DNA of 64,000 nt from the NCBI GenBank assembly GCA_951406725.2, contig OX597838.1:10788001-10852000 (forward strand). The letters run 5' to 3'. The translations under genes and the position numbers were made by a program. Every line of letters begins with the position of its first letter. Position 1 is the stretch's first letter. The notes under the pieces were generated by a model that saw only the letters and a list, made by a program, of their open reading frames with translations, was not told the origin of the DNA and searched no databases. Positions 24,920-37,244 of this stretch are shown one piece after another. Source of the stretch: Octopus vulgaris. Lineage: Eukaryota.

Positions 24920-25340
24920 TCTCTCTCTATATAAATGGCAGTTTGTCTGTGTGTGTGTCTGTCAGGTTGTACCCTCACCCTGACCACGGCTTTCAACCGA
25001 TTCTGATGAAACTTGACACACACATAGCCCAATGTCATAATTCAAAACTAACGCAGCGAAAATTTTGAAAAGTTCCCCCAGTTCTGAAAAAAATCGATAA
25101 ATTCGACATGGGGTCGAGAATCTAAGCTTTTTATATGCAACACATTTTCTGTCTAGGGGACACAACTCGACAGCTAGGGACAGCTAGGAACATCGTATAC
25201 ACAGAAGTATTCGAGTGAAGAGAAGACATTGCAACCTACACATGCGCCTTCATTCCCTAGAGGGAAAGGACTAGATTGGGATTAGTCGTTGCCTACTAGG
25301 GGCTCTTACATACCCGGGCAACGCCGGGCTATGCTGCTAG
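24920..25340 (+). mobile_element. Non-autonomous Helitron
   Basis: 5' TC, 3' GC hairpin cccgggcaacgccggg then CTAG, inserted between A and T with no TSD; a 5'-end fragment recurs inverted at ~41505-41542. Confidence 0.85.
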
Positions 25341-26523
25341 TAAATGATAAAACGACTCGAGTCTTAGTGTTTTTATTACCAGAAAATTGAATTAATCTTA
25401 TCTATGAGAGTTACAAAATACTAAACCTGGGTAGCAGTATTATTTCACTGAACATAATACTGAAGGACTCCTCTCTCTTAGAATGCTAATTCAGAATACC
25501 AATATCAATAGTCAAAACTACAGGATCATACAAAAGCTCCTTCCAGCAGCTTTCTATCAAATGCAGATTGAATAACAAAATGGATGTAAGACGTACTGAC
25601 TATCTCATTTTACTACACAACAGAGAGAGAAAGCATTTCCTATTTAATTTTAATTAATTAAAATTAGGCAGTTGTGTGTTTATGTGCCCGTCACTTAGCG
25701 GTTCGGCAAAAAGAGACCGATAGAATAAGTACTGGGCTTACAAAGAATAAGTCCCGGGGTTGAGTTGCTTGATTAAAGGCAGTGCTCCAGCATGGCCACA
25801 GTCAAATGACTGAAACAAGTAAAAGAGAGTAAAAGGGAAAGAGAGTTGTCTCTATCTCTGCCTTTCTTTTTTAGAAATGGGTACCTGTAGAAAATCAATC
25901 ACTAGCTCCTTGAAACCCATGAAAAACAAGACTATTGGTGAATAAAAGATTGGGGGCCAAACACTCGTTCACTATATTTTTGAGAACAAGAGATAAGGGA
26001 ATATGTGCAACCTTGGTGCAGAACAATTATCTCAAGGGACTTCATTCTTAAAGTGTTTTCTTTTTTTTGTTTTCTCAACAATATCTTTTTCTGATACACA
26101 CACACATATATTTACCTTTTATTGGTTTTAGTCATTGGACTGCGACCATGCTGCGCATGACCTTGGGAAGGGGTTTAGGTGAACAAACTGACTACAGTAT
26201 GTATTGTTTTTTATAGTTTGGTACCCTTTCTATCAGCCTCTTTTGTTGAACTGCTAAGTAACGGGGACATAAGCAAGCCAACTCTGGTTGACAAGTAGTA
26301 ATGGGGCAGGGAGCACAAACACCGACACAAAGGCACATATACGCACACGGGGCTTCTACACAGATTCCATCTATCAAATCCATCCACAAAGCATTGGCTG
26401 GCCTAAGGTTATAGTGGAAGACGCTCACCTAAGTACCATGCTGTGGGACTGAACCTGAAACCACATAGTTGGGAAATGAACATTTTATCTACACAGCCAT
26501 GCATAAAATTAATTTCTACTTAC

Positions 26524-26700
26524 TTATTGGACCGTTGACTTCCTTTAACTTTTTGCCATCAGCATATATGACATAACCTTTGATGATGCCAGATGGAGAA
26601 ATCCCAGATGCATTTATTGTTACCGGAAGCCATGTTAGCAGGACAGTACCTTCTTGTGGTCCCACTTCGACTTGAACATCAAGGGGAGGATCAGGTAAAC
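26524..26700 (-). CDS. RIMBP2: RIM-binding protein exon, FN3-3: GLPDPPLDVQVEVGPQEGTVLLTWLPVTINASGISPSGIIKGYVIYADGKKLKEVNGPI
   Basis: 177 nt, phase 1-1, ttttag/GTAAGT; 'GLPDPP.DVQVE.GPQ.GT.L.TW.PV' is characteristic of invertebrate RIM-BP FN3-3. Confidence 0.95.
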
Positions 26701-26719
26701 CTAAAAAAAACAAATAAAT

Positions 26720-26972
26720 AAGAAGCCCGTCGTATATATGTGTATGTGTGTGTATATGTTTGTGTGTCTGTGTTTGTCCCCCTAGCATTGCTTGACAACT
26801 GATGCTGGTGTGTTTATGTCCCCCGTCACTCAGCGGTTCAGCAAAAGAGACAGATAGAATAAGTACTGGGCTTACAAAGAATAAGTCCCGGGGTTGAGTT
26901 GCTCGATTAAAGGCGGTGCTCCAGCATGGCCGCAGTCAAATGACTGAAATAAGTAAAAGAGTAAAAGAGAGT
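26720..26972 (+). mobile_element. 5'-truncated CORE-like SINE immediately upstream of the FN3-3 exon acceptor
   Basis: Reverse complement of the family at 30925-31333 (aagaagcccgtcg...ggcggtgctccagcatggccgcagtcaaatgactgaaa). Confidence 0.9.
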
Positions 26973-27546
26973 ATGTCATCTTTTATCTTTTACTTATTTC
27001 AATATTTCAGTCATTAGATTGTGGCCATGCTGGGGCACTGCTTCAAAGGGTTTAGTTGAGCAAATCGACCCTAATATTTATGTTCCCTTTTTTTTCTTTA
27101 AAGCCTGGTAATTATTCCATTGGCCCCTTTTGCTGAACTGCTAAGTTATGGGGATGTAAACAAACCGACACCAGTTGTCAAGCAGTGGTGGGGAACAAAC
27201 ATAACTCAAGCACAAACAGACATCCAAGCTTTTCAACCACAAGAAATCATGAGAAATCAAAAAAATATCTTGTAAAATAAATTGAATTTTGAGAGGTGAC
27301 ATTGATCCCCACTCAAACATGGATGTTCTCTTAGAACAAACTATACTGCGATAGTTAGCATGAGAGAACCTCTTACACTGGCTTTTGGTGCAAAATGCAC
27401 TCTTGTTTATATCACTAGTGGGGAGATAACAAGAGTACAGTTTGAACCAAAAGCCAATATGACAGTATCCACGGCAATAGAGTTTGTTCCAGCAGAACAT
27501 CCATGTTTAAGTAGGGATAAATATTACTGCACAGTATTGATAAAGA

Positions 27547-27771
27547 TGGCGAGCTGGCAGAAACGTTAGCATGCCGGGCGAAATGCATAGCTGTATTTCG
27601 TCTGCCGCTACGTTCTGAGTTCAAATTCCGCCGAGGTCGACTTTGCCTTTCATCCTTTTGGGGTCGATTAAATAAGTACCAGTTACACACTGGGGTCGAT
27701 ATAATCGACTTAATCCGTTTGTCTGTCCTCTCTGTGTTTAGCCCCTTGTGGGTAGTAAAGAAATAGGTATT
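27547..27771 (+). mobile_element. Full-length tRNA-derived SINE with Meta-like core
   Basis: ggcgagctggcagaaacgttagc head, gagttcaaattcc B box, gactttgcctttcatcctt..ggggtcga core; many near-identical copies in the window. Confidence 0.88.
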
Positions 27772-28324
27772 GATACTGCTTCTGTCACTAATATATAAAT
27801 TGAATTTTGTGATTATTTTTGATTTCTTTTACTTTCAGAAATATATATTTGACCGAAAAATTTACACAACCATATCAGTTTCTTGTTGCTTCATAGTAGG
27901 ACATTCTTTCAGAAATAACCAATGACCTAAATTGTAATTCTGGGAACGAAAACCCCCTTTTCTTTTTATAGCTTCCTTCATTGTTCCTCTGCTGACCTTG
28001 CATTGTTGGTTCAGCAAGTTCTTATTTTTCCACTACAGCAGAACCTCAGGGTATGGAGGAGGAGGACGATGACAATGGCTGTCCAATGGTGACTAAGATT
28101 GTTTGGAGACAAGAGGACAAATGTTTCAGTCTCAGCAGCCATCATCAGTACAACGATTGTGTTATTTTGTCATTTAAAACACTTTTTAGATTAAATTGCT
28201 AGAGACTGTCCCTGGTTCTATGATACAAACTACACATTTTACAGTGAGCTAAATGAAAATTCCAGCAAAATTTCATGTCAACTGTGTTCCAAATACCAGT
28301 TTAATAATGATGAATTTCTTTAAC

Positions 28325-28469
28325 TATAAGGTTGTCCCAAAAGTTCGTAGAAAGTCTTGGAAAATAATGGTCTTTATTTTGAGGAATAATTTTTGTTGTT
28401 TTTGTTAGTACTTGGCGAGTAAAAATTCAATTTTCGCAAGTGTTTACGAACTTTTGGGACAACCTAATA
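28325..28469. mobile_element. Tc1/mariner-type MITE
   Basis: TIRs aggttgtcccaaaagttcgta / tacgaacttttgggacaacct with flanking TA. Confidence 0.85.
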
Positions 28470-28580
28470 AATTCTTCAGTCTTTTCAAACCTGACAGAAA
28501 GAAAAAAAGACAGTTTATTTTAAAAGAAATATGGTTAGAAAAAAAGGTGAAACATTGAAACAGTAGAAATATCTCAGTAC

Positions 28581-28712
28581 CTCCAGCTAAAGTTTTAAAT
28601 TCTATTCGTTCTGTGAGTTGTTCTTTCCTTTCGTCACTGCGTTCTTCCTCAAAATTAGACAGAAGACTTTTGGCTCGAACAGAGACTGTATGTGATGTAG
28701 CTGGAGTTAGGC
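28581..28712 (-). CDS. RIMBP2: RIM-binding protein exon, end of FN3-2: GLTPATSHTVSVRAKSLLSNFEEERSDERKEQLTERIEFKTLAG
   Basis: 132 nt, phase 1-1, tttttcag/GT; FN3 'L.P...Y/H.V.V.AK' and 'EF.TL' motifs. Confidence 0.92.
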
Positions 28713-29005
28713 CTGAAAAAAAGATGCATTAGGATCTGATAAATATACAGACAGAAACAAAGCTGAGATGAAGAATAAGGTAAAATCAATATTCATGTCA
28801 TTGCACCTGGCATAAAGCCACCTCCATCAATACTAAAACTCCACTCGGTTGAGGAGGCCTTGTCTTGCAAATTACTTAGTGGTATCATTGATTGTGATGC
28901 CACATAAAAAGTGACCAGTACACTCTGTAAAGGTGTTGGCATTAGGATGGGCATCCAGCTGTAGAAACCCCAAAATAAAATGTTTGAAAATATATGTGGA
29001 ACAAT

Positions 29006-29316
29006 AAAAAGCACCATCCGAACGTGGCCGATGCCAGCGCCGCCTTGACTGGCTTCCGTGCCGGTGGCATGTTAAAAGCACCAACCGATCGTGACCGATG
29101 CCAGACTCCCTTGGCACCTGTGCTGGTGGCATGTAAAAAGCACCCACTACACTCGCAGAGTGGTTGGCGTTAGGAAGGGCATCCAGCTGTAGAAACACTG
29201 CCAGATCAGACTGGAGCCTGGTGCAACCCCTGGCTTCCCAGACCCCGGTCAAACCGTCCAACCCGTGCTAGCGCGGAAAACAGACATTAAACGATGATGA
29301 TGATGATGATGATGAT
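29006..29316 (+). mobile_element. RTE 3'-tail element with (GAT)n tail
   Basis: Reverse complement of the RTE 3' UTR; the empty site is visible in the paralogous copy at ~20805. Confidence 0.88.
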
Positions 29317-30137
29317 GAATGAATGAATGCCAGAGTAAAAAAAAAATCCTGATAAATTGTTACCAATTTAAAAACTTCAAATATAATATATATATTTACA
29401 ATGTTCCCACAAAATTGTAGATTTTGTAATTATTTTAGATAAATATTAGTTTAAAATTTTGGCTCAGGGCCAGTAATTTCAGGATGGGTAAGTCAATTAT
29501 ATCGACCCCCAGTGCTCAGCTAGCATTCATCTTATCTTAACCCCGAAAGTATGAAAGGAATCGCCAACCTCAGCAGAATTTGAATTTTTTCTTTTCTCTG
29601 ATATTTATTGCTTTTAACACAGTAAGCTCTGAGATGTTCTTTAAGGACAAAATTCTTCTTTCATTAACTTTCATGGATCCCCATGACTCACTGTTGCCAT
29701 CCAATTCCATTATTATGAATTTGAATTGGGAGATCGAGTCAAAGTGAATCTTTCGTCAGGTGATTACACAACTATGGACACCTGTGTAGATGTTGCTGTT
29801 ACTCTTGTGATAGAGCTTGGTGATCCTGATCATTGATCTTCTGGGATTCCCCTGCTCAACATCAATGTGAGAAGGACCACATAAGAAGCTCCTGTGCTAG
29901 TGCCGCATAGAAAGCTCCCATGCGGACATCAAGTACCAAAAGTACCCAGTACATTCTGTGAAATAGTTTGGGTTAAAAACCGTGCCAAAACTGATGACCA
30001 GAGCCTGGTGCAGTACTCTGGCTTGCCAGCTCCAGTTCCATCATCCAAGCGATGCCAGCATGGAAAAATTGACTCTAAATATTATGATGATGACGACAAT
30101 GACGGTATGTCAAAGTATATTTAAGGAAGATGTATAC

Positions 30138-30299
30138 CTGTCAAAATATATTCATAAACTCCAGGGTTCACAACCCGTACTTCCTGCTCGTTGACACAGA
30201 TGACATGTTGGTAATTACTGTTGCCAGGCAACCAAGAAAGGACTGCACCATTAGCTGATATATGACTGACTTTCAAATCGGAAGGAACTGGAATAACAT
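30138..30299 (-). CDS. RIMBP2: RIM-binding protein exon, FN3-2: DVIPVPSDLKVSHISANGAVLSWLPGNSNYQHVICVNEQEVRVVNPGVYEYILT
   Basis: 162 nt, phase 1-1, AG/GT; contains the 'LSWLP.NSNY.HV' motif typical of RIMBP FN3-2. Confidence 0.95.
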
Positions 30300-30858
30300 C
30301 TACAAATGAGAAGAACGTTAGAATTAGCTTTGCATGACAGAAAGAGAAAAAAAAAACAAGAAAAAAAAACCCCTCTTAATTGCTCAGGATATGTAGTCCC
30401 CTTAACCCCCTTTTTTAGCATTATAACCAGACATATCAGGCCCTAATATTCTACATGCTTTATATTCAAATAGGGTAGATCTGATCTCTTATACCCACCC
30501 GACAATGTCATTCAGAAAAATAGACAATCACATCAAAGAAATCTTAAAAAGTACAAGTTAATGCAGGATTCATCGAAAACACTGTGAATAAATAAGCATT
30601 ACATTTGACAGAGTAATCCGAATGCCAAACAGTTAATCCTACAATTTCCTCATGGGGCACTATGTACTTAGCCTTGGTTTGACATTAGGAATCAGGTAAG
30701 AGACTTCATCACTGTATCAATAGATCATCATTTAAGTCTTGTGCAATATTTACTGTCACTTGTCCACCTAGATCGTCTTCATTAGTTACTTTATCTGCGG
30801 TCTCCATCTGTTTCATGTTCTTCATCTCTTACCCCTGCTTTCTGCTCCTACTGTATTT

Positions 30859-30898
<40 letters not shown>

Positions 30899-30924
30899 TG
30901 TTATCATTATTACATTTCTCTTTC

Positions 30925-31333
30925 TCTTTTCTCTCTTTTACTTGTTTCAGCCACTTGACTGCGGCCATGCTGGAGCACCGCCTTTAATCGAGCAACTCGA
31001 CCCTGGGACTTATTCTTTTGTAAGCCCAGTACTTATTCTATCGGTCTCTTTTGCCGCACTGCTAAGTAACGGGGACATAAACACACCACCATCGGTTGTC
31101 AAGCAATGCTAGGGGGACAAACACAAACACACACATGCATATATATATATATATATATACGCATATATACGACGGGCTTCTTTCAGTTTCCGTCTACCAA
31201 ATCCACTCACAAGGCTTTGGTCGGCCCGAGGCTATAGTAGAAGACACTTGCCCAAGGTGCCACGCAGTGGGACTGAACCCGGAACCATGTGGTTGGTAAA
31301 CAAGCTACTTCCACACAGCCACTCCTGCACCTA
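30925..31333 (-). mobile_element. Full-length tRNA-derived CORE-like SINE
   Basis: Head ggtgcaggagtggctgtgtgg...gggttcagtccc, core ccttgggcaagtg, internal (TA/TG)n; near-identical copies at 35704-36097, 36603-36991, 40194-40595 and 62512-63103. Confidence 0.9.
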
Positions 31334-31531
31334 CATTAAAAGAAATTATTATTATTATTATTATTAGTTCATCCTCACTATAAGAGTTCTACATTGACAT
31401 CCTCCTCTTTCTTCTACACTTATAGCTGACAAATAATTTTGACAATTTTTTTTCCCCCTACATATCAATAATCAAGTTTTAAAAAAATGTCAGATGTGTC
31501 TATCCAAAACAGTCAATATCACAGCACTTAC

Positions 31532-31610
31532 CTTTACCAACTAACATTGTACACTGTTGTGGCGCTGATCTGCCGAGCGTCGTTAAACATAATACACAGA
31601 CTCGACAAGT
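31532..31610 (-). CDS. RIMBP2: RIM-binding protein exon, end of FN3-1: TCRVCVLCLTTLGRSAPQQCTMLVGK
   Basis: 79 nt, phase 0-1, AG/GTAAGT; matches the RIMBP 'YRISVQC...QCTLLVGKD' segment. Confidence 0.92.
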
Positions 31611-32069
31611 CTATAAAAAAACGAAAATTAAAAAATAAATTAAAAAACAAAGACAGTCAATAAATTGCAATAGATAAATCTTTTACTCTTTTCATGTCTC
31701 GGTTATTAGATCGCAGCCATGCTGGAGCACTTCCTTGCAGAACTTTTAGTCAAATGAATCGACCTCAGCCGGGTCCTTATTCTATCAGCATTCACTAGCA
31801 GGAACACATTTGGAGAAGGTCTTTTTTTTTAATGCAGAAAGGGCAACCTTGGATTTATGGGGTACCCTGACTGGGTCTTAGTGGCTATCTCCCCCCTATT
31901 GGAAGATCTCATTTCATTCTTTTTGCATGCTATTGTTTCTTTGGCATAAATCAATTCATAATCAATTCTGTGACAACACCCACCGTTTTTTCCAATTTAT
32001 CATTCTATTGTCCTCTCACCCATCACCCTTGTGGCAAATTAAAGAAATCTCTCTCACAACATTATTATT

Positions 32070-32070
<1 letters not shown>

Positions 32071-32106
<36 letters not shown>

Positions 32107-32590
32107 GCTACTACTACTACCACCACCACCACTACTGCTGCTGCTACTACTACCACCACCACCACTACTACTACTACCACCACCACCACCACTACTACTA
32201 CTACCACTACTACTACCACCACCACTACTGCTACTACCACCACCACCACCACCACCACTACTACTATTGCTACTACCACCACTGCTACTACCACCACCAC
32301 CACTACTACTACTGCTGCTACTACCACCACCAACACTACTACTACCACCACCACCACCACCACCACTACTACCACCACTGCTACTACCACCACCACCACT
32401 ACTACTACTGCTGCTACTACCACCACCAACACTACTACTACCACCACCACCACTACTACCACCACTGCTACTACCACCACCACCACTACTACTACTGCTG
32501 CTACTACCACCACCAACACTACTACTACCACCACCACCACCACCACCACCACCACCACTACTACTATTGCTGCTACTACTACTGCTGCTG
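32071..32590. repeat. Compound (ACT/ACC/GCT)n trinucleotide array
   Basis: Directly visible; source of the poly-T/P/L/V/G pseudo-ORFs. Confidence 0.98.
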
Positions 32591-32999
32591 TTCAGTGTAA
32601 TGATAACCAGAGACAAAAGAGCTGGAATGATACTTATAAACAGATTATCCTATTTAGAGCCACAGATATTCAATAGTGACATTTTCTGCAGAATACAATC
32701 ACATGTAGGGATTTTCATAAGTGTATGTATGCATGTGTGGGTGTCTAGATCTGCAATATGTCAATGCACACACACACACACACACACACCTGTGTGTATG
32801 TGTGTGTGAGAGAATAAGAGAACAGGTGAACGGTGGATTTTTCTCTCTCTCTTCAGCCCTTACTCCGCCCACTTATCCATAACTCAGAACTATTTTTCTC
32901 TTCTCAATACCATTCTCTCCAGATCCGAAACGGCAGAACAATGCAATGAATACAATTGCAAAGAAAAAGCTTTGCCATTCCTCAGGCAATGCTACACTT

Positions 33000-33690
33000 A
33001 TTTATTATCAATATTATTATCATCAATATCATCATCATCATTATCACCATCATTATTTTTATTATTATTATTATCATTATTATCATCATCATCACCATCA
33101 TTGTTATTATTATCATCATTATTATTTTTATTATTATTATCATTATTTTTATTATTATTATCATTATTATTTTTATTATTATCATCATCATTATTATCAT
33201 CATTATTATTATCATTATTATCATCATTATCATCATCATCACCATCATTGTTATTATTATCATTATTATTATCATCATTATTATTTTTATTATTATTATC
33301 ATTATTATTTTTATTATTATTATCATCATTATCATCATCATTATCATTATTATCATCATTATCATCATCATCACCATCATTGTTATTATTATCATCATTA
33401 TTATCATCATTATTATTATCATTATTATTTTTATTATTATTATCATTATTATCATCATCATCATCATTATCACCATCATTGTTATTATTATCATCATTAT
33501 TATTTTTATTATCATTATCATTATTATTTTTATTATTATCATTATTATCATCATCATCATTATCACCATCATTGTTATTATTATCATTATTTTTATTATT
33601 ATTATCATTATTATTATCATTATCATCATTATTATCACCATCATTGTTATTATTACCATTATTATTATTATTATTTTCATTACTATTATT
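33000..33690. repeat. Compound (ATT/ATC)n trinucleotide array with higher-order periodicity
   Basis: Directly visible; the marker 'caccatcattgtt' recurs about every 90-150 bp. Confidence 0.97.
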
Positions 33691-34029
33691 GTAAGTTAAA
33701 GACGTAATGTAGGTTTCTTCATCCAAAATTATCTCAAGTCAATTCTGTTTCTTAATGCAGCTGATAAAAATCCCAATTATACCTCCCTTGATGACAGTAG
33801 TGGCGATGACAATGATGACAGCCACCAACACCACCCCTGTCATTCCATTACCTGCTGGGCCACCTACCAAATCTCACGTAACTATTGATGACGTGAAACA
33901 AGGATTATAATCTAGGTTTCACACTAAACCCTCTCAGAAACAACAACCAGTCATAAAATATAAATATATATTATATATTGCTCTATAACTTACAGTATGC
34001 TTTTTGGGGGATTTATGCTTTACCTATAA

Positions 34030-34064
<35 letters not shown>

Positions 34065-34109
34065 GAATCTACATATACATATATCTATAAACTTACCTGT
34101 ACATGCATG

Positions 34110-34155
<46 letters not shown>

Positions 34156-35197
34156 TACACACAGACACATACACATGTGTGTGTATATATATATATATAT
34201 ATATGCCTACACACAGACACATACACGTGCATATATATATATATATGTTTCCATTTTCCTTGCTAACATGGTGGCAGACAAAAGAAAATTAAGCTATTGT
34301 TTTACAGTTGACCCTTAACTGTTTTTCAAGTAAGACATCTTTTTTTTTTCATACATTATCAAAGACACAGTTAATGATAAAGGTTAAGGTGATAGAGCCA
34401 CAGGTGAGAGCAGCATGGATTGACAGACAGGTGGTAAGAGGAGCAAATGATATTTGTGTTAGGGCAACGAGATTCTAACAAGGAGGCCAAGGATGTAGTC
34501 TTGGCAGTATCATCATCATTTAACACCTGCTTTCCATGCTGGTATGGGTTGGATGGTTTGTTAGGGGCTGGCTAGGCAGAAGACTGCACCAGGCCTCACT
34601 CTGTTTGGGAATGGTTTTTATGGCAGGATGCTCTTCCTAACACCAACCACCCTGTAGAATGGACTGAGTACATTTTATGTGGTACCAGCACAGACAAGGT
34701 TAGTTTTGGCATGGTTTTTATGTCTGGATGCCCTTCCAAATGCCAACCACTTTACAGTGTGAACTGTATGCTTTTTATGTGGCATCAGTACTGGCAAGGT
34801 TACCAAGCTAACCTGCAAAACAAAAATTTGAGGTTTTTACTTTGATTTTAGGTATTACCCCTTCTTTTGGCACATTTGGCCCCAGTAGTTTTTTATTAAA
34901 AATTTCTTTGATATAATTGCTATCATCGGATTCCTCTAGAAGCGATCTATCAGAAAAGTTGAATTTAAATATAGTTTTCTTTTGAAATAAGAATAATATT
35001 TGGAGTCAAAATCAATTTCAGGTATTAATTTCCATTTTTGTCTTCCTAGAAGTGGTAACAAGTAAGTAAATGTAAGAATATTATTCACACACTCCCATGT
35101 GTGAATGATATATATATATTTTTAAAATCTTTGTGTATGGTTGCCAGTATTTTAACATCACAAAATGTAAAATAAATTTTCAAACACTATAAAATAT

Positions 35198-36157
35198 ATG
35201 AGGTCCGATCAAAAGGTATTGGGACTGTTGCTATGGTAACAAAGCTAAAGTATGCAGCGTAAAGCTGCTTGGCATAGACTGACTTTAAACCCTGTTGTGT
35301 ATGCACACTAAGTTATATTTTCACTCACTTCTATTGTTTATAGCAGGGCTTAGAAGTAAAGGGTGTAGTGTTATCGTCTCGGAAAGAAGATTGGTTTTCA
35401 AGTGTGCAGGATCCCCTAGATTGAGCTGACGAAGACGACGGAAACTTTTCGAAAATTTGTCATAACAGGTGATGAATCACGGGTCTATGGCTATGACCCC
35501 CAAAACCAAGGCAAAAATCAAATCCCACTTGAAAGGAACAAGATTTCAAAACATCAAAGAAATACAACAGAATACAATGTGGTAGCTGTTTGCTATCCCA
35601 AAAGAGGAATTCCAGGAATGCTTCCTTCAATGGAAATGACACTGGATAAGGTATGTGGCTTCAGAAGGGGACAAATTCAAAGGAGATTAAATGCTGAATT
35701 GATATACTCTTTACTCTTTTACTTGTTTCAGTCAGCTGACTGCGGCCATGCTGGAGCACCGCCTTTAGTCGAGCAACTCGACCCCGGGACTTATTCTTTG
35801 TAAGCCCAGTACTTATTCTATCGGTCTCTTTTGCCGAAGCGCTAAGTGACGGGGACATAAACATACCAGCATCGGTTGTCAAGCAATACTAGGGAGACAA
35901 ACACAGACACACAAACATACATGCACACACATATATATACATATATACGACGGGTTTCTTTCAGTTTCCGTCTACCAAATCCACTCACAAGGCTTTGGTC
36001 GGCCCGAGGCTATAGTAGAAGACACTTGCCCAAGGTGCCACGCAGTGGGACTGAACCCGGAACCATGTGGTTGGTAAGCAAGCTACTCCTGCACCTATAT
36101 GTGTAGTAGTTTTCTTTTTATAGCTCCAGTCCTGCAAGTTTTTGATCAAACCTCGTT
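35198..36157 (+). mobile_element. Internally deleted mariner transposon interrupted by a SINE (35704-36097)
   Basis: Imperfect TIRs gaggtccgatcaaaaggtattgggactg / cagtcctgcaagtttttgatcaaacctcg; transposase remnants 'VITGDESRVYGYDP' and 'KGTRFQ...EEFQECF.QW...EGDKFKGD*'. Confidence 0.85.
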
Positions 36158-36191
36158 ATATTGAAAACACACTTTTACTTAATAAACTTAC

Positions 36192-36385
36192 CTTTTTGGA
36201 ATCAATGTCTTCTAATAAAGCTTTCGTTCTTTCATTCCTTTTCACTGAGATCTTAAATTTATTGTCAACAAACACTTGATAGCAAATTATTTCTACATTC
36301 CGGTCGACTTCTGGGGCTACCCATGATATCAACACGCTGTTAGTTAACTGACGATCCAGGTTCAACTTGTGAGGGAAGATTGTTA
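36192..36385 (-). CDS. RIMBP2: RIM-binding protein exon, FN3 domain 1: TIFPHKLNLDRQLTNSVLISWVAP...YQVFVDN...RTKALLEDIDSKK
   Basis: AG/GTAAGT boundaries, 194 nt, phase 1-0. Resembles RIMBP2 FN3-1 (PYPRKITLIKQLAKSVIVGW...RTKALIEKL, recalled from memory). Confidence 0.92.
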
Positions 36386-36602
36386 CTGAGAGACAAATTT
36401 TGAAAAAAAAAAAAAAGAAAAGAAAAAAGAATCAGCAAAGAGAAAGTAAAGTAAAACAAACAACAACAATAACAACAACAAAGGAAGCATTAAGCAATAT
36501 GAGAGAAACATAAATGGTTTCAAATTTTGGCACCAAAACCAGCAATATTAGGGGGTTAATCAAATACATCGACCCCTCCTCCCTCACCAGTACTTGGCTG
36601 GT

Positions 36603-36991
36603 TACTCTACTCTTTTACTTGTTTCAGTCATTTGACTGCGGCCAGGCTGGAGCACCACCTTTTTAGTCGAGCAAATCGACCCCAGGACTTATTCTTTGTA
36701 AGCCTAGTACTTATTCTATCGGTCTCTTGTGCCGAACCGCTAAGGTACGTTGACGTAAACACACCAGCATCGGTTGTCAAGCGATGTTGGGGAAGGGGGG
36801 ACAAACACAGACACACACACATATATATATATATATACGACGGGCTTCTTTCAGTTTCCGTCTACCAAATCCACTCACAATGCTTTGGTCGGCCCGAGGC
36901 TATAGTAGAAGACACTTTGCCCAAGGTGCCACGCAATGGGACTGAACCTGGAACCATGTGGTTGGTAAGCAAGCTACTTACCACACAGCCA
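36603..36991 (-). mobile_element. CORE-like SINE inserted in an older Meta-like SINE
   Basis: Family match; the older SINE flanks it at ~36515-36600 and ~37000-37115. Confidence 0.85.
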
Positions 36992-37244
36992 TCAGTCACG
37001 ACAGGATGAAAGGCAACGTTAACCTTGAAAGCATTTGAATTCAGACAGTAAAGGACCAGACCAAATGCCACAAAGTATTTTTTCCTCATGTGCTAGCAAT
37101 CCTCGAAGCTCCCCGCCTTTGAAAGAATCATAAATAATGAAATAAAGATTGAGTGAGGTGATACAGGATTTAGACTGTGTTGTAAGAAGCTTGCTTCCCA
37201 ACCGCATGGTTCCGGGTTCAGTCCCACTACCAGCACCTGTACAT

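Noticed and set aside
27360-27569. 69-aa ORF with protein-like composition
   Set aside because: It overlaps the palindrome and runs into a SINE, antisense to the host gene; no domain signal.
27547-27630. tRNA genes (A/B boxes in SINE heads)
   Set aside because: The heads continue into SINE cores and tails and do not form complete cloverleaves, so they are called as SINEs.
31927-33726. Long ORFs (up to 279 aa) resembling mucin-like or poly-amino-acid proteins
   Set aside because: They are translations of trinucleotide microsatellites that are open in several frames, inside a RIM-BP intron.
35227-35240. X-box-like GTTGCTATGGTAAC
   Set aside because: Located in the sub-terminal region of a mariner relic; no independent evidence of regulatory function.
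35425-35445. CTGACGAAGACGACGGAAAC as a hammerhead core
   Set aside because: No convincing stem II or stem I, and it lies in mariner transposase coding remnants just before the TGDE motif.
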